NCBI GenBank assembly: GCA_963693365.1
Contig: CAVNZM010000008.1
Coordinates: 4,059,572 to 4,123,571 of the forward strand
Direction: 5' to 3'
Source: Amoebidium appalachense
Lineage: Eukaryota; Protista; Ichthyosporea
Length of the DNA: 64,000 nucleotides
Shown here: positions 1-12,890 of the stretch, in pieces
How positions within the stretch are numbered: position 1 is the first letter of the stretch
Layout: each line of letters starts with the position of its first letter
Translations under genes and position numbers: made by a program
Notes under the pieces: model-generated
The model's database searches: none
What the model saw: the letters and a program-made list of their open reading frames with translations, nothing else
What the model was told of the DNA's origin: nothing

Positions 1-1131
1 TGATTTAGAGCCAATCCAAAGAGGTATTGGCATTGATCTTTGCCCGACATCTACAGCGGCAGCGGTTCAAGACATGGCACAAGTAAGGGAAGACCAATGC
101 ACCCCTATCCGTGCAGGTCTATCCATCCATACAAAGGAGAGCACAGCAAGACAGCCCCTCGTGTGCATGTGTGGCTTACTACGTTTTCCAGCACGGCCAC
201 ACACTAGACGACAGACTCGAGCGTGTACGGTGTGCTCCGGACAAAAATCATTGAAAAATGCTGCATGTAACCTTTAATAGATATTCTTATTTTCTCACAC
301 TTGTATATTACAATTCTAACATTAACATCATGCCTGCGGCGGCTGGCGTTACTTTACCAGCTGCCCTGCATGCAGCTCCTCGCCGATCGGTCATGTGACT
401 CATGCATCATGTATGTACACACACATGCACATGTTAGCAAAAAAAAAAGATAGGCAGCCTTAGTATCAGTAAGTTTACAGCATCCACAAATCACCTTTCC
501 ATCCAACACAGCCCACTAGAGTAGTAGGCCTACTAGTACTGTACTTGGATGGTTGCGAACACTTGCATTCAAGTTGCGGGCGAGTCGGACGCGACATCGA
601 CATCGGGCGAACTTCCCGCTTAAAAATCTCATAACCAATCAGATTCTTCCCTGTATTGCTCTTTATCGCCGTTTTGATCCCTCATCCTCTGACCGGCTTT
701 CTGGCACCTTCCTTAGCCGTCATAAACCCCCCCAACCGCCTAATTTCAACGCAAAAGAAACATAAACCCCAATTGAAATTTGACAAAAAGGGTTTTTGCT
801 TTCCCGCCAAGTGGCTCACCGTCTGCTCCAAACTGGAACGCCGCACAGCTATAAAAAGCCATCTGTTTGTTTTCAAATCCACGAACACGCCATGAGTTTA
901 CTTGCGGCGAACTCGCCTGGTTGTGTGCGATGAGATGATGAGGGAAATGCCCTGTTGATGCAGCTGTGCCGCTAAACTCTGTGTGAAAACTTGGAAACTA
1001 TATCTCAGTTTACAGCGCAACATAGACGTGCATCATTTTCTTGCGAGTGGGCGCACATGCTGTTAGGATCTTTGAGATCTCAAAACCCGTAATAAGTGTT
1101 CGGATTGTCATATGTTTTTCGAGCAAAAAAG

Positions 1132-2709
1132 ATGGAAGTTACACAGATTTTTTCTTTTGGCCACATCCCTGCCTTACCCGACCCACCTCTTGACTTCACT
1201 GACCCTGATGTAGTTGCATCCGTTGCCGCTGAGTGCATGACGTTCTACGGCTTAGAATCTATTCCACAGGAGAACGATTCCTGGTGGGCCAAAACCCATG
1301 TTAGCCTGTGTTCACGCCCCGCCTCGCCACATTCCACGGTTCCCGCTTTTGTTTCTAGTACACCAACGCATGAAGAAAAACACGCAAAACCAGCCGATAA
1401 AGAAAACGCGCAAGTGGGAACGCCAACATGGTCCGATCCGGCACTGCAGGAGGAGCCAACCGGCAATCCAGAAAATGAAAGTGAGATGAGCGATCAAGAG
1501 CTCTCAACGCCGCCAGCCCCCGTGTCCATCTACAACAATAGTAACAACGGAGCGTATGGGGATCTTGCGCGGGAAGCCCGCGAAAACATCAGACTCGAAT
1601 CACGAGAAAATGCCCATACGAGCAGTCAATCAGCCCCATTTTCACCCTTACTTTCAGGATCTCGCCTGAGTAGATCTAGACACACGACAATTCAGCAGAT
1701 GCATAGCCAGAACGACACCCCTGATAAGTTTTGGGACCGCGAGTTTGCTGCAGCTGTTGAACAGACGAGACGCCGCAACAGCTCTGGTCCAAGATCTTCC
1801 ACACGGGAGCTCCCCATCATCAGTTCCCGTCCAGCGGTAACACGCAGCAATTGCGATCAAACACAAACCAGCACTTGCCGATTAGAAGGCGGAAAACGCA
1901 GCAAGAGCTGGGCTCATATATCGCCCTACCAAAACTCCGCCTGCCGTCAGACACATGCACAAGACAACATCCGCGCGGAGTTTCCAACACACCCACCCGG
2001 GGTTACCGACCCAAATATGTTCAGTCGTGGTCGTGTCGGAGAAAGCGACTTCAATCCCACATACCCGACACACCAGTTGTTTTCTCGAGTGGTTCTGCCC
2101 GGTTCTGACCAGCCTCAAGTTCAAGTAAACGGAGGCTTTCCTAACAAGATATACCCTATAAAGGGGGGGCAGATATTTGGGCGCCTAGCGCAGACAACAC
2201 CCCCGGCCCTTGTGCACTCTGTGTCATCTGCATCAACGATGTCAACCACGGCAAGAATAGCCGTCACCGCGATGACGGAAACCGTTATGGCGAGAAAGAG
2301 AAGACAAGGGCCCCAAAGACGCCGACGATCCAAAGCGCAGAAAACGAAAACAGAAGCGAAAACGGCAACCGTCGCAGGGCCTCAGCCTCGAGACGCACAG
2401 GACGAAAACACAGCGAATAACAAGCGGGCGAGAAACATGAGCAACGCGAGCATCGCAAACACTAACCAATCGTCCATCGGCAGCCCGGCTTCGGTTCAGA
2501 GCATACCCTGCATGATAGATAATTCAACGAACGAGAATGCGGTGGAGGTGGGGAGCATTCTTGATTCGCTGACAGTTAGGCAGATGCAATATTACATGCA
2601 GCCGGCGGTGGATAGAAGGGCGGAGGTGAGGAAGGTGCGGAGGGTTGTGCGCTCGGCGGTCGATTCTATATCCTGTGGGCAGGAGGTGGCAGTGGATGGG
2701 TCGCACTGA
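1132..2709 (+). CDS. Intronless hypothetical protein (~525 aa from the ATG at 1132), Ser/Thr/Pro-rich and likely disordered, with a basic NLS-like patch (RKRRQGPQRRRRSK)
   Basis: A 1.6-kb open frame free of the microsatellites that fill non-coding DNA here. The ORF track starts at a GTG (1096); the first ATG is at 1132. No domain recognised. Confidence 0.65.
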   Translation: MEVTQIFSFGHIPALPDPPLDFTDPDVVASVAAECMTFYGLESIPQENDSWWAKTHVSLCSRPASPHSTVPAFVSSTPTHEEKHAKPADKENAQVGTPTWSDPALQEEPTGNPENESEMSDQELSTPPAPVSIYNNSNNGAYGDLAREARENIRLESRENAHTSSQSAPFSPLLSGSRLSRSRHTTIQQMHSQNDTPDKFWDREFAAAVEQTRRRNSSGPRSSTRELPIISSRPAVTRSNCDQTQTSTCRLEGGKRSKSWAHISPYQNSACRQTHAQDNIRAEFPTHPPGVTDPNMFSRGRVGESDFNPTYPTHQLFSRVVLPGSDQPQVQVNGGFPNKIYPIKGGQIFGRLAQTTPPALVHSVSSASTMSTTARIAVTAMTETVMARKRRQGPQRRRRSKAQKTKTEAKTATVAGPQPRDAQDENTANNKRARNMSNASIANTNQSSIGSPASVQSIPCMIDNSTNENAVEVGSILDSLTVRQMQYYMQPAVDRRAEVRKVRRVVRSAVDSISCGQEVAVDGSH

Positions 2710-4610
2710 ATGTAAATCAATTTTTAAGATTTATAATGAAGCAGTGCTGGTTGTGCTTTTAGTGTTAGTTATGGAACTTTAAGTTATGTACCTTTTGCAG
2801 AGCAATAGCATTTTGAGTGTAGGATTTCTGTTTGGTCTTACTTGACAACGGTCTTTCACTGCCTCGGACTAGCCGGTGTTATATTTGTTGTCCCTGAATG
2901 GTAATAAGACCTGTTACTCGCCTGTTATCGGAAATTACTTGCTACTTTTTGCAGTTCCCATAACCATGCCATAGATATCTATATAGCTGCAGAGTCAATA
3001 AATTACTCTCATCCCTATACCTATTGCACGACATTATATTCAAGGTTTAATATCTCAAGGAATGATTGGATTCAATTGCCGTAGACATTCAGTACCATCC
3101 AAAATATTTTCAGTGTAGGAAGCAACAGCTGAAAGTTCCCTTCCTCCTGTTATTATTATTATTATTACAACAAGTATATAATCTCACCCCTACTGGTCTG
3201 CTGCCGTTGAACTGTAGAAGTCATTGTTATCAGTATGTTTACACCTCCTCCACGGTGTGATTTAAGGTTATGTATATGCAATTTAATTCAGTAGCCCTGT
3301 CTGCCATACGCCCAATATCGAGCATGTACACTGTGTCTAGAAGCTCAAACTCGATTTTTCAATCTAATAAGTAAACTGTATTTGTGAAATTCGTGCACAT
3401 CCGGACCGTACCAAATAAGGGAATTGCAAAGTGTTTCGATTTCCGCACTTTGCATTTTCGTCTGTTTTGTTCTAGCCCTTCACAGCCGCCCGCCTCCCCC
3501 CCCTCCCCCCCCTCCCCTCGGCTTCTCTCTTTCAAGACACACAGCGAGCTTTGTATGTGAACTGCCTTTGGGCCCTTCACAGCAATGTGCGGGCTCTACA
3601 TATATACTTTGAATATCTAGTACTGTTGGGTGCTTATTGGTTCACAAATGGCCGAATATCCGTTAAAGAATAAACTCATCATTTGCACGGGTCCAGCCCC
3701 CCTCCCCCCCTCCCCCTCCTCCTCCCTCCCTCCCTCCCCTCCATCCTCCCCATCCTTCCCCGCCCCCCACCCCCCTCCCTGCAGCTGCCCCTCCCTCCTC
3801 GGGGGAACGGTAAAGCTATAAATATGTATGTATACACCACTGAGCTGCCACCACCATCGTACAAGCGCGACACATGTGCTCTTTCTTAGACACCCTATAG
3901 CCATATCAAATTGTGTTATATAATTGTGTGCGCATGCATGCCCAGCCCGAAAACCCACAGTCCTATCATCAAAATTAAGGTGGTGGATCTGCCCCCCGTG
4001 TTACGCCATGTGCGCTGAGTATAAAAGAAAATGGTGGAACACTAGATTACTAAACTTTAAGGGAATCTTGATTAATTTGAAACCGGGAGGTGGGTAGTAG
4101 TAACTTTTAGAGTGGAGGGGGGACCCACCCATTCCTTTGGACAGGTGGCCCCCCTCCCCCCCCCCCCCCCCCTCCTCTCCCCCTCCCCCCCCCCCCTTCT
4201 CTCTCTCCCCCTCCTACTTCAGGGGGCGGGGGACCACACATACAACTCCGGCTATGATAGTTGGGGGGGTAGGGGGGGGGGGGGGGGGGGGGGAAGAGGG
4301 GGTGGGGGTGGGGGGGGGTGGGGAGGACGGAGGGGGGAGGAGGGCCACCACTCACCTGAGTAGGTGGGTCCCCCCCCGGGCTCGGGACTCACTCACCCCA
4401 TGGGCTGCCCGTAATATGACTATGTTAGCTGCCCTGATCATCATGAGTAATACAATGATTTAGCCGCGGTTTACATATATTGCCAAAACGTAAACACTGA
4501 GGCTAACTAATAGGAGTCTTTGATCACCTGAAACCGTTGCCATGCCGTACGCTCATACTCCCCGCCTCCCCACTCCCCCCCCCCCCCCCCCCCCCCCCCT
4601 CCCCGCCCCC

Positions 4611-4657
<47 letters not shown>

Positions 4658-4705
4658 CCACCACCACCACCACCACCTCGCACTCATCTCCAGTCACCCC
4701 ACCGT

Positions 4706-4761
<56 letters not shown>

Positions 4762-7162
4762 TGGACACGTATTTCATACTGAATTCACACGTACCTGCAC
4801 ACCATGTACCATAGGAGGTGCACAAGCTTTGACCAACGATGAGCACCCGACATCCGCATGAACATGCAGATACAATAACCCACACCACAGACGCATATCA
4901 TCCGCCACACAGATAAACACACGAACACTGCACGGTGAGTACGATAATCTTGCCCCGAATAATTCCGAATCTAGACTCTGATGATAGTTGACCGTTGCAT
5001 GTGTGTGTGTATGTGCGTGTGTCTGTGTGTGTGCGTGTGTTTGTGCGCACTTGCGCGCCCATGTGTGGGTGTGTGTGAGCGCGCGCGCGCGCGTGTGTTC
5101 GCTTGTGCACGTGCTTATACTTGTGTAAATGAGCAGGGTGAGGTGGGGGGGGGGGGGGGGGGAGGGGGGGGGAGGTGAGTGGGGCGGGAGAGGGGGGGGG
5201 GGGGGGGGGGGGTCGTTAGAAAATGTTATAGAGCATGTAGTATACATTTGCCGTGGACAACACTTTAAACAGACCTTGCAAAGAACACACAAAAAGTATG
5301 CATCTGGAAGAAGACCTTTGAAAAACACCAGCACGAAAGGGTGGGAAGTGTGTACATGTATGCGTGTGTGTGTGTATGTGTGTGTGTGCGTGCGCGCGTG
5401 TGTGTGTGTGCGCGTGCGCGTGTGTGTGGTGCGTGTGTTTGTGTGTCGGGGGGGCGGGGGGGAGCGGAGGGATATGCATCAGTGCCCAAAACGGAAGCAA
5501 TTCCTCCGAAAGAAAAGGAAAAAAAGGAAAGAATACAACCTTTTTGTGAGTGAAAAAGAGACTCGGGCCATATCGCGCACACCGGAGGGGGGGGAGGGGG
5601 GGGGGGAAGGAATTGGGGATCATTGGGGGGAGGGAGGGGGGGGAGGGGGGGGGGGGGGGGGGAAGGGGGGAGAAGGGGAGGCCACCACCCCACACACCAG
5701 TGGGGCTACCTTAAGAAGGGGGGGGAGGGGGGTACCACGTGGGAGACGTCGAAATTTACTACCCCTACACCCCCCCCCCCTTCCCACCCCTTTTTCTGGA
5801 GCCCCCCCCCCCCCCCCCCCCCGGGGCCAAAATTTCAAATTCAAAAACCCATGAGGCATAGAGCTTACAATGGCCTCTCAATGGCAGCTGGTGTGATGGC
5901 TGTAAATCCACAGTGTTAGCATATCCATCGTACAAATGTACTTGTTGTGAGGGTTTGCTTGGGTATTTATTTCACCGAGTGCCACCTAGAGCCTGTGCAC
6001 GGTGTGGACAAAAGTCCTCAAGCCTGAACCCCCCGGTAAAGGAATATAAACATTTACGCTAATACCCCCCCCCCCCCCCCTCCCCCCATCCCTCCCGCTC
6101 CCCCCCCCCCCCCCCCCCCCCACAAACGCGCGGACACACACGTGAACACACGTTCACATCACCACCTTTCTTACAACGTTTTGATTTATAAAAGGGGAAT
6201 TTGCAACGAACATACTTGGGGAAGCGGTCACAGACCACTAGATTGAAATCACGGACAAAAAACCCCGGAAAATGAAATTCATCTACTTCTTTCAATTTTC
6301 ATATCTGACCACGATGCTAATTAAAAAAAGGGTTACTGTCCAGAAAATGAGACAAAGGGCATGAATCAGCTGTATTCTCGAAGGATCCAAAACTAATCTA
6401 AACAGGGTTTCATCCTCCATACAGTTACAAAGATGATCACAAAAATTCCCCGCCAGGGTACCAGATATCGGAATAACTAACCAAATATCGGGGTTTACAC
6501 CTGGCAAAAAAAGCCACACTGTTTGCATATCTCCGGAAAACGAGCGGAAATTCAAGCTTCGACAAATTACACGATCCCACCGACATGAGATCTATCATAC
6601 GTCTTATTTAACGGCATCTCACCATCCGAGAATTTAAAAATAAATCAATCACTTATCAACAGGTTTATATAGTTACCGCCACGCACTTAAATAAATTTAA
6701 ATCAGCACAACATCACATACTACAAGATTTTTCCTTCACCGATACTTCACCAATTAAAACACACATCACTATCCAATGAACACCCAACTTTAGATTTTAC
6801 TGTGAAAGAAAAAGTGATCACGAATCGTATACAAAAGCTCTTTTTCAGTGAGCTAGTTTTGAAAGCCAAGACTACAAACGATGGATGAAAAACTAACACC
6901 TGCACTACGATCGTAGGTATATAACTCGGCCACCAGTCTCTATAAAAAGTAGAGCATCTACGGTACTCCATTGTGTGCTTGAACGGGGTAAAATCAACGG
7001 ACATAATGGGTCAAAGGCCCTTTCAGGGACCAAACAGCATGGAAAATCAAGAAAAGAAAAGGAAAGAACACAAAAACACCAACAATCAAGAACCCTCCCA
7101 TATTGGAAGTCCCTATACGGAAACTACCTAACCGGTTGAGGGGTGGGGTTCTACAGAAAATT

Positions 7163-7832
7163 TCAATCCAATTTCAAGTCATCTTTGACACCCACCGACT
7201 CCCCACCGACGACGCCCAGCACGGTCTTAACCGCACCCCCCGCCACTTTCACCGCCACTGCCGTAATTCCGACCGACGCAGCCACCAGCCACATGAAAAT
7301 TGACCACAAAAGCCCCACCAGGGTGGCCAGACCGGTCGAAATTCCACCCGTGGCCCCCTGCTTCGAAAAATCGGGAATATGGGGCTTGATGTTTTCCGTG
7401 TTTTTGGGCCTCTCAAGAACAATTTGCACCACGTTGCAGTGTTCAGTCAAGAACCCCCCCTCGCAGTAGTTGAAGTAGAATTGCCACTTCCTCCAGAAGA
7501 ATTCCGAAAATCCGAGCGACAAAATTTCGGATTTTTTCGCCTCCCAGGCGTCGTTCCACTGATGCAGCGTCCGTGCGTAGTCCTTTGCCATGTAGTCGAT
7601 TTTTACAACATCCAAAAGCCGTTTTCCGGTTTTCCGGTTAAGGGGCAGTGCATCCTTAATTGCGCCAATGCACGGGAGGTGGCCTCCCGGGAAAATGTGT
7701 TTGCGGATGAAATCCGAGGTGCGACAATATTCGTCATAGCTCTCATCGGGCATGATGATCACCTGTTCGTGTGTGTACGTGTGTGTGTGTGTCGTGGTGG
7801 TGGTGGGTGGGTGGGTGGGTGGGTGGTGTTTG

Positions 7833-7874
<42 letters not shown>

Positions 7875-7993
7875 AGGGGAAGGGTAATTAGAATGCGTTC
7901 TAGAATAGAGTGCAAACCAAACACAAAAAGTGTGCATAATAAGCAGGGAGAGAGACAGAGAGATAGAAACAGAGAGATAGAGACAGACAGACA

Positions 7994-8044
<51 letters not shown>

Positions 8045-8365
8045 ATACACACACACGGAGGGGGGGGGAGAGAGAAAGAGAGAGGGGGGGGATGAGGCTG
8101 AAGGAGGACGGGACCCCCAGAGAGGTGAGGGGGGGGGGGGGGGGGGGGGGGAGGGGGGGGGAGGTGGAGGGTGGAGGAAGCGCGTGCTGATGAGAAAACG
8201 GTGTTCTTTGCTTTATCAGTTCTTTAAGGTCCTATTCCACAAGGCCAACCTTGGGTGGATATTAGAAAACCAGGGGAGGAAATACAGCAGTTGCAAAGAG
8301 AGGAGTATACAGGGTGTCTGAAAAATTGCATGTGCATAATTGAATGTGCATGCACATGTGCATGT

Positions 8366-8401
<36 letters not shown>

Positions 8402-8402
8402 G

Positions 8403-8439
<37 letters not shown>

Positions 8440-9187
8440 GCACACACACCTATACAGGTACACATACAGTGACATGTGTATGGATACCTATACACACACA
8501 CACACACACACACACAGACACACACACACCTGTATAGATGCCTTGCCCCCGGGCTTGAGCATCCTATAGACGATATCGAAGTACCCCGGCAGGAAGTCAT
8601 GGCCCACAGCCTCCAACATCTCAATCGACACAATCGCATCAAACGACTGCTCACCAAACACCTGCACCGGAAAATGAAATCGGAAATCAGAATTTTGCAG
8701 TGACTCGAATATTACATGCAACGGAAAATGAAACGAAAGCTGAGAATTTGCATAGGCTCACCGATTACGTGCACCGGCAATTAGGTCGAGACTAGAATTA
8801 TGCAGAGACTTGGATACCACATGCACCAGTATATGGATCGGAATTTGAGAATTTGGAGAGAATTTACCATCATAAGCACCGGAAAATGGAGCGGGGAGTC
8901 GAGGAACTATTTTAAAGGATAGCTTAACCAGGTGAACACGCGACCCAAAGGGTGAAACGGAATCCGGGCATTTTGGTGTAAGTGGAAAGAGACTGCAAGG
9001 GGGGAGGAGGGAGGGGGGGGGGGTTGGGGGGTGGGGGGGGGGGAGGTGTGTATGTGTGTGTGTGTGTTTGGAAAGGGAGACGGAAGGGGAGTGGGGACGG
9101 GGGGTTTGCATGCGTTGCACAGTAGGAAGTACACATGGAGGAAGAAGAACACAATACGGATTTCGCACCAAGGGGGGAAGGAAAGGT

Positions 9188-9221
<34 letters not shown>

Positions 9222-10532
9222 AATACCTCAGGGGCCAGTCTGTAGTCGAGGAGCTGCAGAGACGCATTGTTGGAAAGCCCCTTTGAACTGAGCACCCCCT
9301 TGGCATGCTCCAGCTGCGCACGCGCGCGCGCGCGCGTGTGTGTGTGTGAGTGTGTGTGTGTTTTTCTTGACGAGGAGAGGCAGAGGAGATGTATGGGAGG
9401 TTAGACGTTACATCTACCAATGCCGTAAAATGGTCTTTCAAAAACATTTTTTTCCCCATCGACATCCTCCCCTCCACCCCCCGCCCGTCCCCTTGGCTCC
9501 CTCGTTTACCCAAAACAAAAAAGATCTTACTGTTGAAACAGTACTTCTATAAATAGACAGTAGAAAGAACACTATAAGTCATCAACTACGGAATATATAA
9601 CACAACCTTGTATCGCAAATGTGCGGTTCCACATGAACACACCTTTTACCAAAGCAAAATGTAACAGGATCAACCGTAACCCCCTCCCCTCCCTGAGCAG
9701 CCCCCCCCCCCCCCCCCCCCCCCTTCCCCCCCCCCCCCCCCCCCCGCACACAAACACACACCCACACCCCAGCCACACACACCCACACACCCACAAACTA
9801 GAAAAGTGGGTCTGCAAAAGATGATCGCCTCCAAGATCTCAAAATCTCGAACACACATAACCCATCTTCACATCCTCTCAACCCATCCACACATCCCCAT
9901 ACAATCCCAACACAACCAAGTGTGCCAGCTTCCCATACTCCCCTCTACCCCCCCCCCCCCCCCCCCCCCCCCTTCTCCCCCTTTCTCCTAACCACCACCG
10001 GTCACCAGTACCCTATAACACCTTCACCCACATGAACACACACACACACACACACAGACCTATCTTTCCCTCCCCCCCCCCCCCCCCCCTTCCCCCGCCA
10101 CCCAGTCCCCCTCCCCCCCCCCCCCCCCACCCCTCCAAGGCCACCAACACACCTCTCACACACCCACTAACTCCCTTCCCCAAACACAGCACCCACACCC
10201 ACACCCGGCCACCCATACACAAACACATCCACACGTATACACACCCACCCCTACATGCACACACACACACACACACGTACACACACACCTGCTCCGTGCT
10301 GATGGTCAAACCCACCCACTGGCACCCGGGCTTAGTTTCAAGCGCCCTGGCTGCACACGATCCCCAACCACAGCCGATCTCCAAAACGCGGGTGTTTGAA
10401 TTTATGTTTGCGTTTGCGATTATGCGATCGAGTTTGTTGATCTGCGATTGGTAGAGGGTGTCCTTCTCCGACAGATACAGGCCGGAACTGTAGGTCATGG
10501 TCTCTGTGTGGTTTAATTGGTTTTGTGTGTGT

Positions 10533-10584
<52 letters not shown>

Positions 10585-10730
10585 GGGGGGACAGGAAGAG
10601 AACGAAGAGGAGGAGAAGGAGGTTTATTATGAGAAAATTGAATAGGGATTGGGTCAGGAGGGAGGGAGGGAGATAGAGGAAGCTTGTGCGTGTCTGTGTG
10701 TGTGTATGTGTTGTTGGTGATTGTGTTTAT

Positions 10731-10776
<46 letters not shown>

Positions 10777-11008
10777 GGGGGTGGAGAGGGGAGGGAGGGG
10801 AGGAGGGGGAGGGGAAGGGGTGGGGGGGCATAGGCACAGTCAGAAAAAAAGCAAGGGGGAAGACAAGTGACAGTTCCAAGCAACCACAGGGCGTGAAATG
10901 TTTTCGATAACAATGGATGGACCGCGAATTGCACCATGTATTAGCAGGGGTGCCGAAGGAAGAGGGGTAGTGGGGGTGGGTGGGGCCGGCCCTTTTTTTT
11001 TTTTTTTT

Positions 11009-11058
<50 letters not shown>

Positions 11059-11319
11059 ACCTCCCCCGTTCTTAACCAAGTCGCGCAAGTGGGCACCGTC
11101 TGACAATTATGTAATTGGCAGAAGCACGAAACTGTTTCTAAGGGGTCTGGCGCGTTATGGGCTGTTGCCCCGCCAGAGCACGGCTGAACCATAGCCACGA
11201 TTTCAAGACAAGGAAAAATCTTGAACAAGGCTTGGTGGCTGTTAGGACAGAATGGAAGATCGGGATCGTCACGGCACGTTAAAGATTAAGGATGGTCAAC
11301 GGATGGTGAAAGGAGTGAA

Positions 11320-11361
<42 letters not shown>

Positions 11362-12230
11362 GGTGGAAACATGGAAAAGCCATTTTCAAGGAGCTAAGGG
11401 CACAGTGCTCTATCTAAAACCCCATAAAGAATAATGGAAACAATATAACATTTTGGGAAATGAGGGGGATTCAAAGAGAACAAGAAAGAGGAGCATTATG
11501 GAAAATGAGGGGAATTCAACGGACAAAAGAGAGGAACACCCACCATCGAGGAAGAGACTAAAGAGGTCGTTGCCAAGGTCATAGTGTTCCTCGATGTTTT
11601 CACGGCTGCCCGTAATTGTATTCGGTCGGAGCCTATGGAGGATGAAGTTCTTGGTCGTGCCGAGCCACTGCAGCGCCCACACCGCCAGCGCATTCTCGGA
11701 TCTTTTACCCTCCTCCGACGTCTTCTTTCCTGCACCAATCGCCTTCACCTCCTGCTGATTTGCAGCCAATACGGTGATGAGATCTGTGAGGGAGGGCGAA
11801 ACGTCCCATTCGCCGGCAATGAATCCCTCAGCCAGGCCCATCGATGCATCCTCCATTAGGCGCCATAGGAGGACCCATGAGTGGATGGTTATAACACAGG
11901 GCTTGAAATTGCACCAGCCATCCGTACCGTCTCCGCAAAGGATGTCCTGTTGTGAAGGAGGAAAGGAAGAGTTGATGAGTGACAAAGAGTGTAACAGGCC
12001 GGTGTATGTGCAAAGTGAACCGAAGAATGGGGGGGAAGGGGAGGGGGGGGGGGGGGGGAGGGGGGGGGGGGGGGCGGGACTCGAGTGTGAATATGTTCTG
12101 AGGAAGAAGAAGGGGTGATATGCAAAAGGGACCGGGGCTGGGGTGGAGGGGGAGGCAGACGGGGCCTCAAAAGGTGGGTGTGTGTGTGTGTGTGTGTGGG
12201 TGGGGGGTGGGGGGGGAGGGAGGGCGGGGG

Positions 12231-12287
<57 letters not shown>

Positions 12288-12408
12288 CTTGGACAAAACA
12301 AAGATGGGAGCCTAATGCAAATGAAGTGTCGAGGAAGGGATGGAAGTTGGGTACATAATCGGCCAATCGGGGCAAACCAGCAGGCGATGCTCTTTACTCT
12401 TTCCCCCC

Positions 12409-12440
<32 letters not shown>

Positions 12441-12724
12441 CCTGCTCCCCCTTTCTTGCTTCCCTCCCTTTCTTTCTCTCGTATCTCTCTCTCCTCCCAG
12501 TCTTCCCGCCCCCTCCTCCCCCCTTCCCCCGCCCCTCCCTTCTTCCTCTCTCAGATCATCGTTTCAATAACAAATCCATTTTTCCATGCCTACAGATTTG
12601 AGATTTTGGGGATTTACGATCTGGTACACGGTACATGGCTAAACCTTACAGCCCGCCGGGGGGGGGGGGGGGGGAAGGGGGTGGGAGGGGGGGAGGGGGA
12701 GGGGGTGATGGTGGAAAGGAGGAA

Positions 12725-12757
<33 letters not shown>

Positions 12758-12890
12758 TCAAACACAATACCTTTCCATTGGGGAAAATTATCCTCACGCT
12801 CCCCTTGGTCACATTCTGCCTCAAAAAAGCAACAAGCGGACGCCACAAAATCCGTACGTAGATCGGTGGGATCGGATCGTGGGTGTTCAT
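7163..12890 (-). CDS. cfa: Cyclopropane-fatty-acyl-phospholipid synthase family methyltransferase domain (UfaM/Cfa-like) with hydrophobic C-terminal tail, exons 4-9
   Basis: Motifs [111 protein letters not shown]. Confidence 0.92.

Noticed and set aside
3600-6130. Many ORFs rich in poly-Pro, poly-Gly, HTHT or CVCV (here and throughout the window)
   Set aside because: They are translations of G/C homopolymers and (CA)n/(GT)n microsatellites, which lack stop codons. There is no coding signal.
6130-7020. Microsatellite-free AT-rich stretch with three short consecutive minus-strand ORFs
   Set aside because: No recognisable motif or consistent splice/frame model. It may be 3' UTR or a decayed gene.
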